Below, piece by piece: positions 17,505-28,725 of a DNA stretch of 64,000 bases (the stretch's first letter is position 1; each line of letters starts with the position of its first letter). Made by a program: the position numbers and the translations under genes. The DNA lies in IMG/VR virus record IMGVR_UViG_3300013113_000816, positions 1,223-65,222 of that record, one strand, 5' to 3'. Under the pieces are notes generated by a model that saw only the letters and a program-made list of their open reading frames with translations, was not told the origin of the DNA and made no database searches. Origin of the DNA: a virus (taxonomy: Duplodnaviria > Caudoviricetes).

Positions 17505-18671
17505 ATGGCTGTATATAAATTATTCCCATATAAAGACACAACATTATATTCATTTTATCCTAATATGAATACAGGGATAGATGCTATATCTCAAATTTCT
17601 AATTTAAATTTTGCTGTAGATACTAACCCACAAGCAGCAAGATTTCTAACAGAATTTGTTCAATCTGAAATTGAAGATGTTATTAATAATAAAATTGGGA
17701 CAAAACAATGGGATGTTGATTTTAGATCTTATATAGCAGCAGCCCAGGGTATAGTTGAATCAACTGATTTATCTGTCCATCCCTTAGCTCAATTTTGGTA
17801 TAATGGGACAGGAACTTATTTAGATCAACCTTTAACTACTGATGGTGCTTCTTGGTATTCACCAAATTTCCTAAATTCAATTGCTTGGTCTTCAAGTGGT
17901 ACTGATTCTACTAATCATTATGTTACAAGTTCATATAATCCTACTTATGTAGCTGCTGGAGGTGGTTCTTGGTACCATAGTGGTTCAGATGGAACTTTAT
18001 ATGCTATAACTCAATCATTTGATACTAGAAGTGAAAAAGATTTAAAAGTAGGAGTTAAAACCATTGTATCCAATTGGTATAGTAGTTCTTTAGGGGTTGA
18101 CTCTTCAGCTTCATTACCTAATTATGGGTTTATAACAAAATGGGAAAATACAGTTGAATTTAATACAAACACACAAATTCAACCTGTAATGCAATTTTAT
18201 AGTGTTGATACTAATACAATATACCCTCCTGAATTACAATTTAAATGGAAAGATTATACCACAATATTAACAGGATCAGCAACATCAAGTATTATTTCAA
18301 CAACTAATTTAATATCCTCATTAGCTGAAAACCCTGGTACTTTTACACCCTCCTCAGTTAATAGATTTAGATTTAATGTAGCACCTAAATATCCAGTTAA
18401 AGTATGGGCTACAGCATCTCAATTTACAGGCACCAATTATTTACCGACTGCTTCATATTATGCTATAAAAGATTTGGATACCAATGAATTTGTTGTAGAT
18501 TTCGATACCACATATACACAATTAAGTTCTGATAGTAATGGAAATTATTTTGATGTATATATGAATGGGTTAGAACCTGAAAGATATTATAAAGTATTAA
18601 TTAAGACTATTATTAATGGTTCTACACTTGTATTAGATGATGATTATTATTTTAAAGTAATTAATGGATAA
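17505..18671 (+). CDS. virion structural protein (baseplate region)
   Basis: ORF track; Ser/Thr-rich and beta-like; gene context. Confidence 0.65.
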   Translation: MAVYKLFPYKDTTLYSFYPNMNTGIDAISQISNLNFAVDTNPQAARFLTEFVQSEIEDVINNKIGTKQWDVDFRSYIAAAQGIVESTDLSVHPLAQFWYNGTGTYLDQPLTTDGASWYSPNFLNSIAWSSSGTDSTNHYVTSSYNPTYVAAGGGSWYHSGSDGTLYAITQSFDTRSEKDLKVGVKTIVSNWYSSSLGVDSSASLPNYGFITKWENTVEFNTNTQIQPVMQFYSVDTNTIYPPELQFKWKDYTTILTGSATSSIISTTNLISSLAENPGTFTPSSVNRFRFNVAPKYPVKVWATASQFTGTNYLPTASYYAIKDLDTNEFVVDFDTTYTQLSSDSNGNYFDVYMNGLEPERYYKVLIKTIINGSTLVLDDDYYFKVING

Positions 18672-19015
18672 TGGCTAGACAAAATCTTAAATTTAGTAAA
18701 GATGTTTTTGATAAGAGACAATATGAAAAAACTATAGACACCTCTTTTACTCAATTAGGGGTAAAACCAATCCAAGAGCAAATAAATGAACAACCCTCAA
18801 TTCAAGAATTTTTTGATATGTACAATCAATTATTCTATGAAATTAATGAATTAGGACCTACTAATTCCCATGAATATTTAATTAAAACAAGTAGTGAATA
18901 TATAGCTTTTGATGAAAATAATGAGGTTATAGAAGCACTTCAAAATGAAATAGCCCAATTAAGAGAAGAATTATTAGAAGCACAACAACAATCAAATCAA
19001 ATTAAAAGTTCATAA
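18671..19015 (+). CDS. hypothetical structural protein
   Basis: ORF track; coupled to the previous gene. Confidence 0.65.
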   Translation: MARQNLKFSKDVFDKRQYEKTIDTSFTQLGVKPIQEQINEQPSIQEFFDMYNQLFYEINELGPTNSHEYLIKTSSEYIAFDENNEVIEALQNEIAQLREELLEAQQQSNQIKSS

Positions 19016-19027
19016 CCCAATTGATCT

Positions 19028-22000
19028 ATGCCTATTACTCCAAATAACCCAACAACTAATATTCAACTCCAATCGTATTCACCCCAGGATGAAAATTTAG
19101 TTACTATTTCTAATATCCCTACATCATTGGGTGATTCTAGTTATATTGAATTTTTGGTATATGACAGTAATCAATCTTTATTAAAATACGTTACCAACTA
19201 TAATAAGTATACAATTCTAAATAATACCATAGACCCAAATTTAGAACTTAATACAACTTCTTCCCAACCCCTTATAACAAGCTTTACTTATGACCCTGAA
19301 AGAGATGTTAGATCTTTATACTCCACAGGAGAATATATATCCTCTTATAACTTTTTAACCAAACAGATAGGTGACCCCAATACTAATCTCTTTATCTCTG
19401 AAATCTCCTCAGATAGAACCGAAATAAGATTAGATAGTAATATTTTATCTAATTTAGATATAGTTGAACAAACTAATAATTTCATTCAATTTAGAGACCT
19501 TAGTACTTACTTTGTAGATTTTTATTTAAATTTCGGTGATAATAATTTAATAATTGCCAATAACATTAAATTGGAAAATGAGGGTACCAATGACCCCACA
19601 GTTGTTATTAAATTATATGAATCCCTACCCCCTCAATTCCAATTAAAAAATGAATTATGGATTGTTACTACTTTTAGCAATCCTGTAAGTTATAAGGTAA
19701 GTTACCCACCAACCCCTATTACAATAAGGGATTTTACCCCTTTACAAGGCCCCAATTTTAATTTACCTGTAAAAGACCAAATAAATAATTCCTCCCAAAA
19801 TTTATCTTATACAGATTTAATATCAGGGGCTCCTACTAGTTCATTAAACCAATTAAATAGTTTAATGGATTCAAGTTCTATATCTATTAGTGTTGATTAT
19901 ACTACTTTTAATAATTTTATAAATTTTAGTTCAGCTAAAACAAGATTAGAAAACTTTTACTATAAATCAAGCTTAATAGAACAACACTCCTCCTCTATTT
20001 CTGATTTAACAGATGTTACTAGTTCTGCAACTAGCATAACAATTTTAGAAAATAAAATAGGAGATATTATAAAGAATTTTGATGGGTTTGAATATTTCCT
20101 TTACTATGACAGTGGTTCTATTTATTCATGGCCTAAAACAACAACAGAACCCCCTTATTTATTAGCTAAAACTGGAAGTTTAGAGGCTTTAACATGGTTT
20201 GGTAGTGATATAGAAACAAGTCCCTATTATGGGGGTAGAATATATTCTGCTTCAAAATATGATAATGACAATAAAGATTATCTATATAAAACAGTTCCTG
20301 AATATTTAAGAATAGATCCTGCTAATCAACCATATGAACTATTTGTTGATATGGTTGCTCAATATTATGATAATGTTTGGTTATATACTAAAGACATTAC
20401 TCAAAAATATAATGCTGATAATAGGTTAGATTTTGGTGTATCTAAAGATTTAGTAGCAGATGCTATTAGAGATTTTGGTGTAAAATTGTACCAAAATAAT
20501 TTTTCTAAAGATGATTTATACACCGCATTTTTAGGATTAACACCTAAAGGAGCATTATTTCCATTCCCCGAAATAACAAGTTCATTACCTGCTCCCACTG
20601 GATTTGAATATGTTGATACATTAATATCTGCTTCAAATGATATTATCCCTTTAGATGATGTTAATAAATCCTTATATAAAAGAATTTACCACAATATTCC
20701 TTATTTGCTTAAATCAAAAGGAACAATTGCAGGATTACGAGCATTAATAACTTCATATGGCATACCTGATACTATACTTAAAATCGCTGAATTTGGTGGT
20801 AAAGATAAGGTAAACGAAAACGATTGGGATTATTACTTTAATAAATTTAATTATGCATTTGATACGCAAGGAACAAATTATTTAAGTACACCTTGGGTAA
20901 TTAATTTTAGCAGATTTCTAGGAGGGATTGGAAGAAATGCTAGAACTATTCAACTTAGATTTAAAGCCGAAGACTCCCCACCTACTAATTACTCTCAGTC
21001 TTTATGGAATCTAGATAATGGGGTTTCATCCCAATCATCTATTGTTTTAGAATACACAGGTTCAGGTTTAACTAGTGGTTCATATAGTGGTTCAATAAAA
21101 GATCCTTATTATCAATATGGCACTTTAAAGTATATAAATTCTATAGGTGAATCTTCTAGTATTTATTTACCATTTTTTGATGGTGGGTGGTGGTCAGTAA
21201 TGGCGACTGTAGATTCTAATGATTCTGCTTCTATATATTCTGGAAATAAAGTTTACAATGGTAATGATGGTACATCTTTAGGATACTATAATTCAGGATC
21301 AAAAGTTGTAGCAGCAGGATGGAATCAAACATTAGCTACTTCATATTTTGCTAATTCATATACAGGTTATTCAAACTTTTCAGGTTCATTACAAGAAATA
21401 AGATATTATGCTCCTACAATAAGTGAAAGTGTATTCAAAGACTATATAATGAATCCTTTATCTATTGAAGGTAATTCAATAAATTCTTCCCCAAATGAGT
21501 TAGTATTTAGAGCAAGTTTAGGGAGTGAATTAAATACTTCTAATACACTCACAGGAACTTCAATCCATCCTAAAGTAACAGGATCTTGGATTGTATCTTC
21601 ATCATTTGCAGGAAATAGTACTTACACATTTAATGATACTGCTTCATATGTACCTAATACAGAATATTACTTTTTAGATCAATTCCCTGCAGGTATAAAA
21701 AATAGAATTACTGATAAAATTAGGTATGAAAATAATGTAGTACCAACAGGAGATACTTTATCTGCTTTTAGAAGAGTAACTCAAAATACTGAGGCAAGTG
21801 CTTCATATACTGAAAATATAAACTTATTAGAGGTAGCATTTTCACCTCAAAATGAAATTAACGATGATATTATATCACAATTAGGTTATTTTAACATAGG
21901 AGATTATATAGGTGACCCAAGACAAAGATCTTCATCTTTAGAATATTACCCTGATTTAAATAATTTAAGTGAAGAATACTTTAAAAAGTATATTAAAAAT

Positions 22001-24190
22001 TATGATTTAGTAGATTTTGTTAGGTTAATAAAATTCTTTGATAATTCATTATTCAAGATGATTAAGGATTTTGTTCCTGCAAGAACAAGTTTAGCATCTG
22101 GAATTGTAATTAAACAGCATTTATTAGAAAGAAATAAATACCCACAACCCCAAGTAACCCATAGCAATCATTATTTTACAGGTTCAGTTACATCTCATCA
22201 ATTATGGGACCCCGCAATTTCATCTAGTTATATTTCATCATCAAAAATAGAATCATTTAGTGGTGGTCCTGGAGGGATGATGAACCTATATAATAATATA
22301 TCTACTTCCCCATCTGGCACTTTGGGAGTAGGCCCTGATAATAGATTTAATTTAACTCAAAGTTGGAGTGAAACTTTTACTAATTTATCAGGTTCAGTAA
22401 CTAAATTAAATGATTCACAACATGAATTTTATGATGGTGAATTCAGTGGATCTTGTTTATTAGTTACAAATGGGGAATTAAATGATGAATGTGATTGGGT
22501 TAAAAACCAACCCACAACAGCAGTTCCTTATTATGCTATAAGATATTATGAATTTGGTACCCCTACTTGGATTTTATCAAATTGGTTAAGTAATTATAAT
22601 GAACCTCTCCCAGGTTATATTTCATTACTTGAAACTAGAGATAGTTCTGAAACTCCAATTGTCCAAATAAGAGATATAAAAATCCCCAAAATTGATAGTA
22701 ATGGTATAGACCAAACCCCATCATTAGAAAACTTAACTACACTAATAATCCCAGACTCCTCGGGTAATGTAACTTTTACTATTAATTCAATATCCGAACA
22801 TCAAAATTATTTTTATTATAGTGTAACTGCAAATCCATCTAGTTTTCAACCCACTCTTTATGGAGATTTAAATTATGATTTTACGGGGTCTATGACTAAC
22901 AATCTTATTACTATACCCACTTTTAACCAATATTCTCATTTCCCAATTGTTTCCTCTGAAAAAGACACTGCTAATTTATATGATACCTCTACTCAAAAAT
23001 ATTTCTTCAAAACAGCAGCTCAAAAAGATATATTTGTTCAACTCTCAGGAAGTATAGATTGTAATACTTTAGGTGGTCTCTCCTCAATAAAATTTGGTAT
23101 TTTTTCCATTCCTAAAAACCATATTTATAATAACATCTTTTCAGATGTGGAACCTTATTTAATAGTATCTTCTTCTGATTATGTTCAAGGTTCTGGCCCT
23201 AATGCCCCTATTGATATTACGGGTAGTAATTTTACTTGGGCAGGGGAAGATATTCAAATATTAGGATTTACTGATGGAACACTTGGGGGAGATGTTTCAT
23301 TCAACTCCTCAACTAGCTTTTTTATTACTTCCTCAGCAGCTACAGCTACCTCTAGTGTTGAATCTATCCCAGAACCTTATTTAACCCAAAATTTTAATGG
23401 TTCTGACTGTGATATATTACAAGGTTCAATTGAAGGTGAAAGACCAAACCCCTTCCTACAAGATTTAGATTATCAAACATCACAAACTGTACCTGTTAAT
23501 ATTCAAGCAGTAGTAAGTGATAGTGCTACTAAAGCAACAGTACCTGAATCTAATTATACTCAATTAACTTCTACCAACATAAAATATGACGGAAGTAAAA
23601 ATCAAAGTAAACAAATTAATCAATGGACTAAAGAAACAGTACTAACAGATTTTTCCCAATCATTTAATATAGGAACTTATGGTAAAACTTCACCCATAGA
23701 AGCAGGAGGATCTTATGTATTATTCTTTTATAATAATTACACTGATAACTTAAGTAATGGGAAATTTTTAAATTATGTAACCCCTGACTATTTAATCAAC
23801 TCCAGTGGGGATCTTATAGAAATTGGGAATGATTCTGATAATAGAGCATTATTAAATCAAGCTTTCACTACAACTTCTACTCTCCCCTCTTCTCAGGGTT
23901 GGTTTGGGCAGATAGATGATCCAACCCAATATATAGGGCAATTATTTAAACCCGGGCTATATGACAAGGGATTATTTATAGGTAATGTTATTGATTGGAG
24001 TTTATTTGCTGCAGAAAATTATATTGTATTTCCATCTACCGGAAGTTATTTACCCTATACCACTCTTTCCAATACTGGGTCTGGAATAATATATCCTGCT
24101 GATATTCTTTATACACCTTCAAAGGATTTACCTTCTCAAGCATTTCAAATTTTATTAGACAATAATATTATAACACAGGATACACCATAA
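19028..24190 (+). CDS. large baseplate/tail structural protein (1720 aa)
   Basis: YLLKSKGTIAGLRALITSYGIP (wedge-like); LamG-like GSLQEIRYY; Ser-rich C-terminal half. Confidence 0.65.
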   Translation: MPITPNNPTTNIQLQSYSPQDENLVTISNIPTSLGDSSYIEFLVYDSNQSLLKYVTNYNKYTILNNTIDPNLELNTTSSQPLITSFTYDPERDVRSLYSTGEYISSYNFLTKQIGDPNTNLFISEISSDRTEIRLDSNILSNLDIVEQTNNFIQFRDLSTYFVDFYLNFGDNNLIIANNIKLENEGTNDPTVVIKLYESLPPQFQLKNELWIVTTFSNPVSYKVSYPPTPITIRDFTPLQGPNFNLPVKDQINNSSQNLSYTDLISGAPTSSLNQLNSLMDSSSISISVDYTTFNNFINFSSAKTRLENFYYKSSLIEQHSSSISDLTDVTSSATSITILENKIGDIIKNFDGFEYFLYYDSGSIYSWPKTTTEPPYLLAKTGSLEALTWFGSDIETSPYYGGRIYSASKYDNDNKDYLYKTVPEYLRIDPANQPYELFVDMVAQYYDNVWLYTKDITQKYNADNRLDFGVSKDLVADAIRDFGVKLYQNNFSKDDLYTAFLGLTPKGALFPFPEITSSLPAPTGFEYVDTLISASNDIIPLDDVNKSLYKRIYHNIPYLLKSKGTIAGLRALITSYGIPDTILKIAEFGGKDKVNENDWDYYFNKFNYAFDTQGTNYLSTPWVINFSRFLGGIGRNARTIQLRFKAEDSPPTNYSQSLWNLDNGVSSQSSIVLEYTGSGLTSGSYSGSIKDPYYQYGTLKYINSIGESSSIYLPFFDGGWWSVMATVDSNDSASIYSGNKVYNGNDGTSLGYYNSGSKVVAAGWNQTLATSYFANSYTGYSNFSGSLQEIRYYAPTISESVFKDYIMNPLSIEGNSINSSPNELVFRASLGSELNTSNTLTGTSIHPKVTGSWIVSSSFAGNSTYTFNDTASYVPNTEYYFLDQFPAGIKNRITDKIRYENNVVPTGDTLSAFRRVTQNTEASASYTENINLLEVAFSPQNEINDDIISQLGYFNIGDYIGDPRQRSSSLEYYPDLNNLSEEYFKKYIKNYDLVDFVRLIKFFDNSLFKMIKDFVPARTSLASGIVIKQHLLERNKYPQPQVTHSNHYFTGSVTSHQLWDPAISSSYISSSKIESFSGGPGGMMNLYNNISTSPSGTLGVGPDNRFNLTQSWSETFTNLSGSVTKLNDSQHEFYDGEFSGSCLLVTNGELNDECDWVKNQPTTAVPYYAIRYYEFGTPTWILSNWLSNYNEPLPGYISLLETRDSSETPIVQIRDIKIPKIDSNGIDQTPSLENLTTLIIPDSSGNVTFTINSISEHQNYFYYSVTANPSSFQPTLYGDLNYDFTGSMTNNLITIPTFNQYSHFPIVSSEKDTANLYDTSTQKYFFKTAAQKDIFVQLSGSIDCNTLGGLSSIKFGIFSIPKNHIYNNIFSDVEPYLIVSSSDYVQGSGPNAPIDITGSNFTWAGEDIQILGFTDGTLGGDVSFNSSTSFFITSSAATATSSVESIPEPYLTQNFNGSDCDILQGSIEGERPNPFLQDLDYQTSQTVPVNIQAVVSDSATKATVPESNYTQLTSTNIKYDGSKNQSKQINQWTKETVLTDFSQSFNIGTYGKTSPIEAGGSYVLFFYNNYTDNLSNGKFLNYVTPDYLINSSGDLIEIGNDSDNRALLNQAFTTTSTLPSSQGWFGQIDDPTQYIGQLFKPGLYDKGLFIGNVIDWSLFAAENYIVFPSTGSYLPYTTLSNTGSGIIYPADILYTPSKDLPSQAFQILLDNNIITQDTP

Positions 24191-24262
24191 TTAAAACAAT
24201 TTAAAAATAACGTGACACAAAAACAACTAGTACGTATATTTATAACATATAATTAAAATCAA

Positions 24263-24925
24263 ATGGGATATTTAAACAATCAAGTAATAACAGTAGACGC
24301 TATCTTAACTAAAAAAGGTAGACAATTATTAGCTCAAAACGATGGTTCATTCAGAATCACACAATTTGCATTAGCAGATGATGAAATAGATTATACACTT
24401 TATAATCCAACACACCCTTCAGGTTCTGCTTATTATGGTCAAGCAATTGATAATATGCCTTTATTAGAGGCATTTCCAGATGAATCACAAATAATGAAGT
24501 ATAAATTAGCTACTCTACCCAGAGGAACAGCTAAATTACCTGTATTAGATATTGGATATGCAGGGATAACATTACAACAAGGAGCTTCACTATCAGTAAC
24601 CCCTCAAACATTAAATTATTTAGGCAATTCTACAGCATTTGAAACTTCAGGATACACAGCAACCATAGCAGATGTTAGAACAATGGCTACATTTAATGGA
24701 GTTGGGATTCAATCAACAGCAGCTAATACCCAAAATGCTACCTCTACTACTACTTTAGGAACAAATGTTTCTTCAACAGTAATAGGTTCTCAAATTAATT
24801 TAAGAGCAACAACTGTTAATACCTTATTTGGTTCAAATACCTCTTTAAATACAACAATTACCTTTGTAGGATTAGATAGTGGTGCCAGAATAACTATACC
24901 AGTAACTATAAACAAAGTATCATAA
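24263..24925 (+). CDS. tail/baseplate structural protein
   Basis: DAILTKKGRQLLA..ITQFALADDEIDY; TATTTATA at 24237. Confidence 0.65.
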   Translation: MGYLNNQVITVDAILTKKGRQLLAQNDGSFRITQFALADDEIDYTLYNPTHPSGSAYYGQAIDNMPLLEAFPDESQIMKYKLATLPRGTAKLPVLDIGYAGITLQQGASLSVTPQTLNYLGNSTAFETSGYTATIADVRTMATFNGVGIQSTAANTQNATSTTTLGTNVSSTVIGSQINLRATTVNTLFGSNTSLNTTITFVGLDSGARITIPVTINKVS

Positions 24926-24935
24926 AATATAAAAT

Positions 24936-25946
24936 ATGTCATTTAAAAGATTAGACGCTGAAGATTTTGTAGTAAGCGCAGACGCAGTTCAATCAGTAGC
25001 GTGGTCAACAGGAGCACCCACCTTAACGGAATTTTATACCTCATCTGTACAAGCAGCGGGCTCTTCAGGAAATTATTATTTAAGTATTTACCAAACGGCC
25101 TCAGATGATTCTACGGCAGCAGTTCAATTTGATATTACTTATGGGAATTTAAAAGGGAGTGGAAGTACAGCTTATAATACAGGTTTAACCCAATACACCC
25201 CATCGTCTACTGTTTATGGTCAATATAGATCATTAGTATTAGAAGATGAAAACTCCTCATTCACATTTGGTGATGGAACAAACACACTAATCTCAGAAGA
25301 TTTTTGGGCGCTTTCAATTGAAAGATCAAGATATAAGGAAAAATTATTCCCTGGAACTTTTAATATAAATCTTTCAGGTTCAGGTGGAATTATTCAATTA
25401 ACCGATAATTCAAATGATGTATTAACCCAAACTTTTATAGGCACAACTAGAGTACTTCAAATAGTATCAGGTTCAAATGGAAGTGCTTATGATACTACAG
25501 GATATGTAGCGGATTCAGGTTCATATGGTTTATTCCTACCAGACATAGGAACTATTTTATTAAACCCATATGCGATAAATGAATCTATCAGTGTAACTCC
25601 TAATAGAGCTAGTGGTGTTGCAAATGGGGAAAATAATGCTACTTTATATGATGCCATAGTAGATGGAGCTTCATTTCAATTAAACGCTGAAGAAACAATT
25701 ACCTCTGATTATGTATTTGTTAGATCAAGAAATGCTGAATTTAACTACTCAGAAAATCCATCATTTATCTCAGGTTCAACAGGAGAAGTAATATACACAC
25801 AGTTTATAAATAGTCCTCAAGTATATGTTACTACAGTTGGAATGTATAATGATGCCAACGAATTAGTAGCAGTAGCAAAACTTTCAAAACCTTTACTTAA
25901 AGATTTCACCAAAGAATCATTAATTAGGGTTAAATTAGATTTTTAA
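24936..25946 (+). CDS. tail structural protein (fibre-attachment-like C-terminus)
   Basis: YVTTVGMYNDANELVAVAKLSKP; paralogue of 25952. Confidence 0.65.
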   Translation: MSFKRLDAEDFVVSADAVQSVAWSTGAPTLTEFYTSSVQAAGSSGNYYLSIYQTASDDSTAAVQFDITYGNLKGSGSTAYNTGLTQYTPSSTVYGQYRSLVLEDENSSFTFGDGTNTLISEDFWALSIERSRYKEKLFPGTFNINLSGSGGIIQLTDNSNDVLTQTFIGTTRVLQIVSGSNGSAYDTTGYVADSGSYGLFLPDIGTILLNPYAINESISVTPNRASGVANGENNATLYDAIVDGASFQLNAEETITSDYVFVRSRNAEFNYSENPSFISGSTGEVIYTQFINSPQVYVTTVGMYNDANELVAVAKLSKPLLKDFTKESLIRVKLDF

Positions 25947-25951
25947 AATGA

Positions 25952-26926
25952 ATGAGTACTTACAAGCCATTTATCACATCGGATGTAGTAGTAACTCCAT
26001 TTAAGGTAAATAAATCATTTACTTTCACTGGCGCAAGTGAATTTACATCCTCAAATGTTGGTATAGATAGGTTTTTTGGGAAAAACATTCAATCAACTTT
26101 ATTTGTATCTGGTTCAAACCCAACAGGGCAAATTTCAACACAAAATCAAGAATTAGTTTATGATTCTGTAAAACAACTTTACTATTCAAATTATTTACTT
26201 GGAGAAGATGGTTCTCCTGCTTTTACTGCTTCATTTAATATTGATGGAACTATAACAGGGGAGGGTGGGACAAAACAACCAATGTATTATAATTATCTGA
26301 ATAATACTTTAGATGCTAATAGATTATTTCCCACTGCTTCTAATGATAGAATAGGAGTAATTTCTATACCCTCCAATTTATTTGGTGAATTCATTAAACC
26401 AGGAACATTTGAATATGTTTATACAGGGTCTATTTTATCAGGATGTTTTTATGATGATGAAAATGGAAATCTATTTAAAGATGGAGCTAAAGTAGGAGAT
26501 ATAATTTACCAACACGGTATGATAGTTTTAACTTCCTTTGGAACATCAATTACAGGGAGTGTTTATGGTTCTGCCCTATATGGTACTGGAGTTTATTCTG
26601 TTGCGGGGGCTCAAGAATTAGATGATGTTATTTCTTCTAATAATGTAACCTGCTCATTCCAAAGTACAACTACAATTTATGAATCACAATATAAATGTAC
26701 CCTAAGAGAAAATGAATTTAACTTTTCCAACAACCCCTCAGTTATATCAGGTTCATCAACAGGTACAGTATATGACTTTGTAACTGGATCTTATTTTCAA
26801 CCTTATGTTACAACAGTGGGTTTATATAATAATGCAAACCAATTAATAGCAGTAGGAAAACTAGCTCAACCCTTACAAAGTTCAAATACTACTGACACTT
26901 CAATACTAGTTAACTTAGATTTATAA
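25952..26926 (+). CDS. tail structural protein (paralogue of 24936)
   Basis: EFNFSNNPS..YVTTVGLYNNANQLIAVGKLAQP. Confidence 0.65.
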   Translation: MSTYKPFITSDVVVTPFKVNKSFTFTGASEFTSSNVGIDRFFGKNIQSTLFVSGSNPTGQISTQNQELVYDSVKQLYYSNYLLGEDGSPAFTASFNIDGTITGEGGTKQPMYYNYLNNTLDANRLFPTASNDRIGVISIPSNLFGEFIKPGTFEYVYTGSILSGCFYDDENGNLFKDGAKVGDIIYQHGMIVLTSFGTSITGSVYGSALYGTGVYSVAGAQELDDVISSNNVTCSFQSTTTIYESQYKCTLRENEFNFSNNPSVISGSSTGTVYDFVTGSYFQPYVTTVGLYNNANQLIAVGKLAQPLQSSNTTDTSILVNLDL

Positions 26927-26937
26927 TATTTATTACC

Positions 26938-27915
26938 ATGGCAAAAACATTATCTAAAACAGGAATAACCACATCAAGCACAATTGAATCATGGCATGTG
27001 TCTCAATCAGTAGACGCTTTAACAGGAACAGATGCTTATGATGTTACAATTTCAGGTTCATTATCCCTTCCTGGATCTACTGCTTCTGGTAGTTTTATAG
27101 GTGATGGGTCAGGTTTAACAGGAATAACAGCTGAGTGGGATGGGAGCCATAATGGGAATGCTTCAATTACAGGTTCATTAACTGTAACGAGTAATGTAAG
27201 TTCAAGTAGTAATTTATTTGGTGATAGAATTTTTGCCACTAGTTATGTAGCAACTCCTACACTACAAAGTAGCACATCAGATACAGTTTTAATTGATGAC
27301 AATCTTAATGTTAATGGTAATATAACAGCATCAGGGCATGTATCTTCAAGTGCAACATCAACAGCTTCATTTGGGACTTATTTAGGGGATGGTTCACAAT
27401 TAACTGGGGTAACTAGTGAATGGGATGGTACTCGAAATGGCAACGCTGAAATTACAGGCTCTTTAATTGTAACAAGTGATATAAGTTCAAGTGGGGATTT
27501 ATACAGTATAGGTTTAATCACCTCCGGAAGTAGAATTCGTAGATATAGGACAATAACTCTGGATGATAGTAATTTTAATTCTTCCCCTTCGCAACAAATC
27601 CAAAATGATGATGATGTTATATTAATTATTGATAATACAACTTTACTACCATCTGCTGGTACAGGTTCATTAGGTGTTTCAAATTTCTTTAACCAACCTG
27701 CAGGCAGGTGTGTTGAACTAGTAAAAATCAAAGATGGTAGTGGTGGTGGAATTATATTAAAAGGAGTGAGTATGGCCAATCCTGATGCCTTATATTTAAA
27801 TGATTCTTCACAATCCGGGGGTACAAGAACAATTTGTAGTAATGTAGGTGAAAGTATTATACTTATGTCTTATGGTCTATCAGATACTGGAAGTGCTTGG
27901 GGTAATGGGTATTGA
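26938..27915 (+). CDS. Ser/Gly-rich tail fibre-like protein
   Basis: Repeated GDGSxLTG and EWDG..ITGSL modules, partly shared with 60352. Confidence 0.6.
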   Translation: MAKTLSKTGITTSSTIESWHVSQSVDALTGTDAYDVTISGSLSLPGSTASGSFIGDGSGLTGITAEWDGSHNGNASITGSLTVTSNVSSSSNLFGDRIFATSYVATPTLQSSTSDTVLIDDNLNVNGNITASGHVSSSATSTASFGTYLGDGSQLTGVTSEWDGTRNGNAEITGSLIVTSDISSSGDLYSIGLITSGSRIRRYRTITLDDSNFNSSPSQQIQNDDDVILIIDNTTLLPSAGTGSLGVSNFFNQPAGRCVELVKIKDGSGGGIILKGVSMANPDALYLNDSSQSGGTRTICSNVGESIILMSYGLSDTGSAWGNGY

Positions 27916-28247
27916 TTTTGGATCTAATTAATAAAAAAGTACACATTTCTAAATCCCCAATACATGGTTGGGGGGTATTTTCTGAACAAGAATATAAAAA
28001 AGGAGATATTATTTTAGAGTCTCCTTTAACATTAATCCCCATAGGAGAAAGTTTACCACCTTCATTATTACCTTTTAATTTCTCTTCAAAAGGAAAAATG
28101 TTTATTGTGTTAGGTATCCCCTCATTTATTAATTCTTCTAATTCCCCTAATGTTGAATACAATATAAACCACGAAGAAATGATAATTAGAATTATATCCT
28201 TACAAGACATAAAATCTAACATTGAATTAACCTTAAAATATATCTAA
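27912..28247 (+). CDS. SET-domain protein (degenerate NHS motif)
   Basis: KSPIHGWGVF..KKGDIILE..FINSSNSPN..QDIKSNIELTLKY; TTG start. Confidence 0.65.
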   Translation: MILDLINKKVHISKSPIHGWGVFSEQEYKKGDIILESPLTLIPIGESLPPSLLPFNFSSKGKMFIVLGIPSFINSSNSPNVEYNINHEEMIIRIISLQDIKSNIELTLKYI

Positions 28248-28250
28248 TTT

Positions 28251-28703
28251 ATGGTCTGGCATTATAACGGAAAAGAAATAACAGATATTTCCCAATTCCC
28301 TAAAAATACCTTTGGATTCGTCTATAAAATAGAACACACTCCCTCAGGTAAATCTTATATAGGTAAAAAAGTACTACAGTTTAATCGTAAAGTTAAGGTT
28401 ACTAAAAAGGATTTATTATTATATGAAGGTGTTAAGGGTAGGAAACCAACCCACAAGCGTGTTATTAAGGAATCAGATTGGTTAACTTATTATGGTTCAA
28501 ATAAAGTATTATTAGAATTATTTAAAAAAGATTCCATAGAAAACTTTGAACGTTATATTATAAAATTAGCACCAAGTAAAAAATTACTCACATATTACGA
28601 AACCCAATATCAATTTATGTATCAAGTACTAGAAAAACCTGATATGTTCTTTAATGATAATATATTAGGGAAGTTCTTTAAGAAAGATTTTGAATCTCGA
28701 TAG
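28251..28703 (+). CDS. GIY-YIG (Seg-like) nuclease-domain protein
   Basis: GFVYKI..GKSYIGKK..SDWLTYYGS. Confidence 0.7.
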   Translation: MVWHYNGKEITDISQFPKNTFGFVYKIEHTPSGKSYIGKKVLQFNRKVKVTKKDLLLYEGVKGRKPTHKRVIKESDWLTYYGSNKVLLELFKKDSIENFERYIIKLAPSKKLLTYYETQYQFMYQVLEKPDMFFNDNILGKFFKKDFESR

Positions 28704-28725
28704 AGGATTCGTATATTTACCCTGT

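Noticed and set aside
28251-28703. Mobile homing endonuclease call for the GIY-YIG gene
   Set aside because: It is only 150 aa with no evident DNA-binding tail or surrounding intron, so it is kept as a plain CDS
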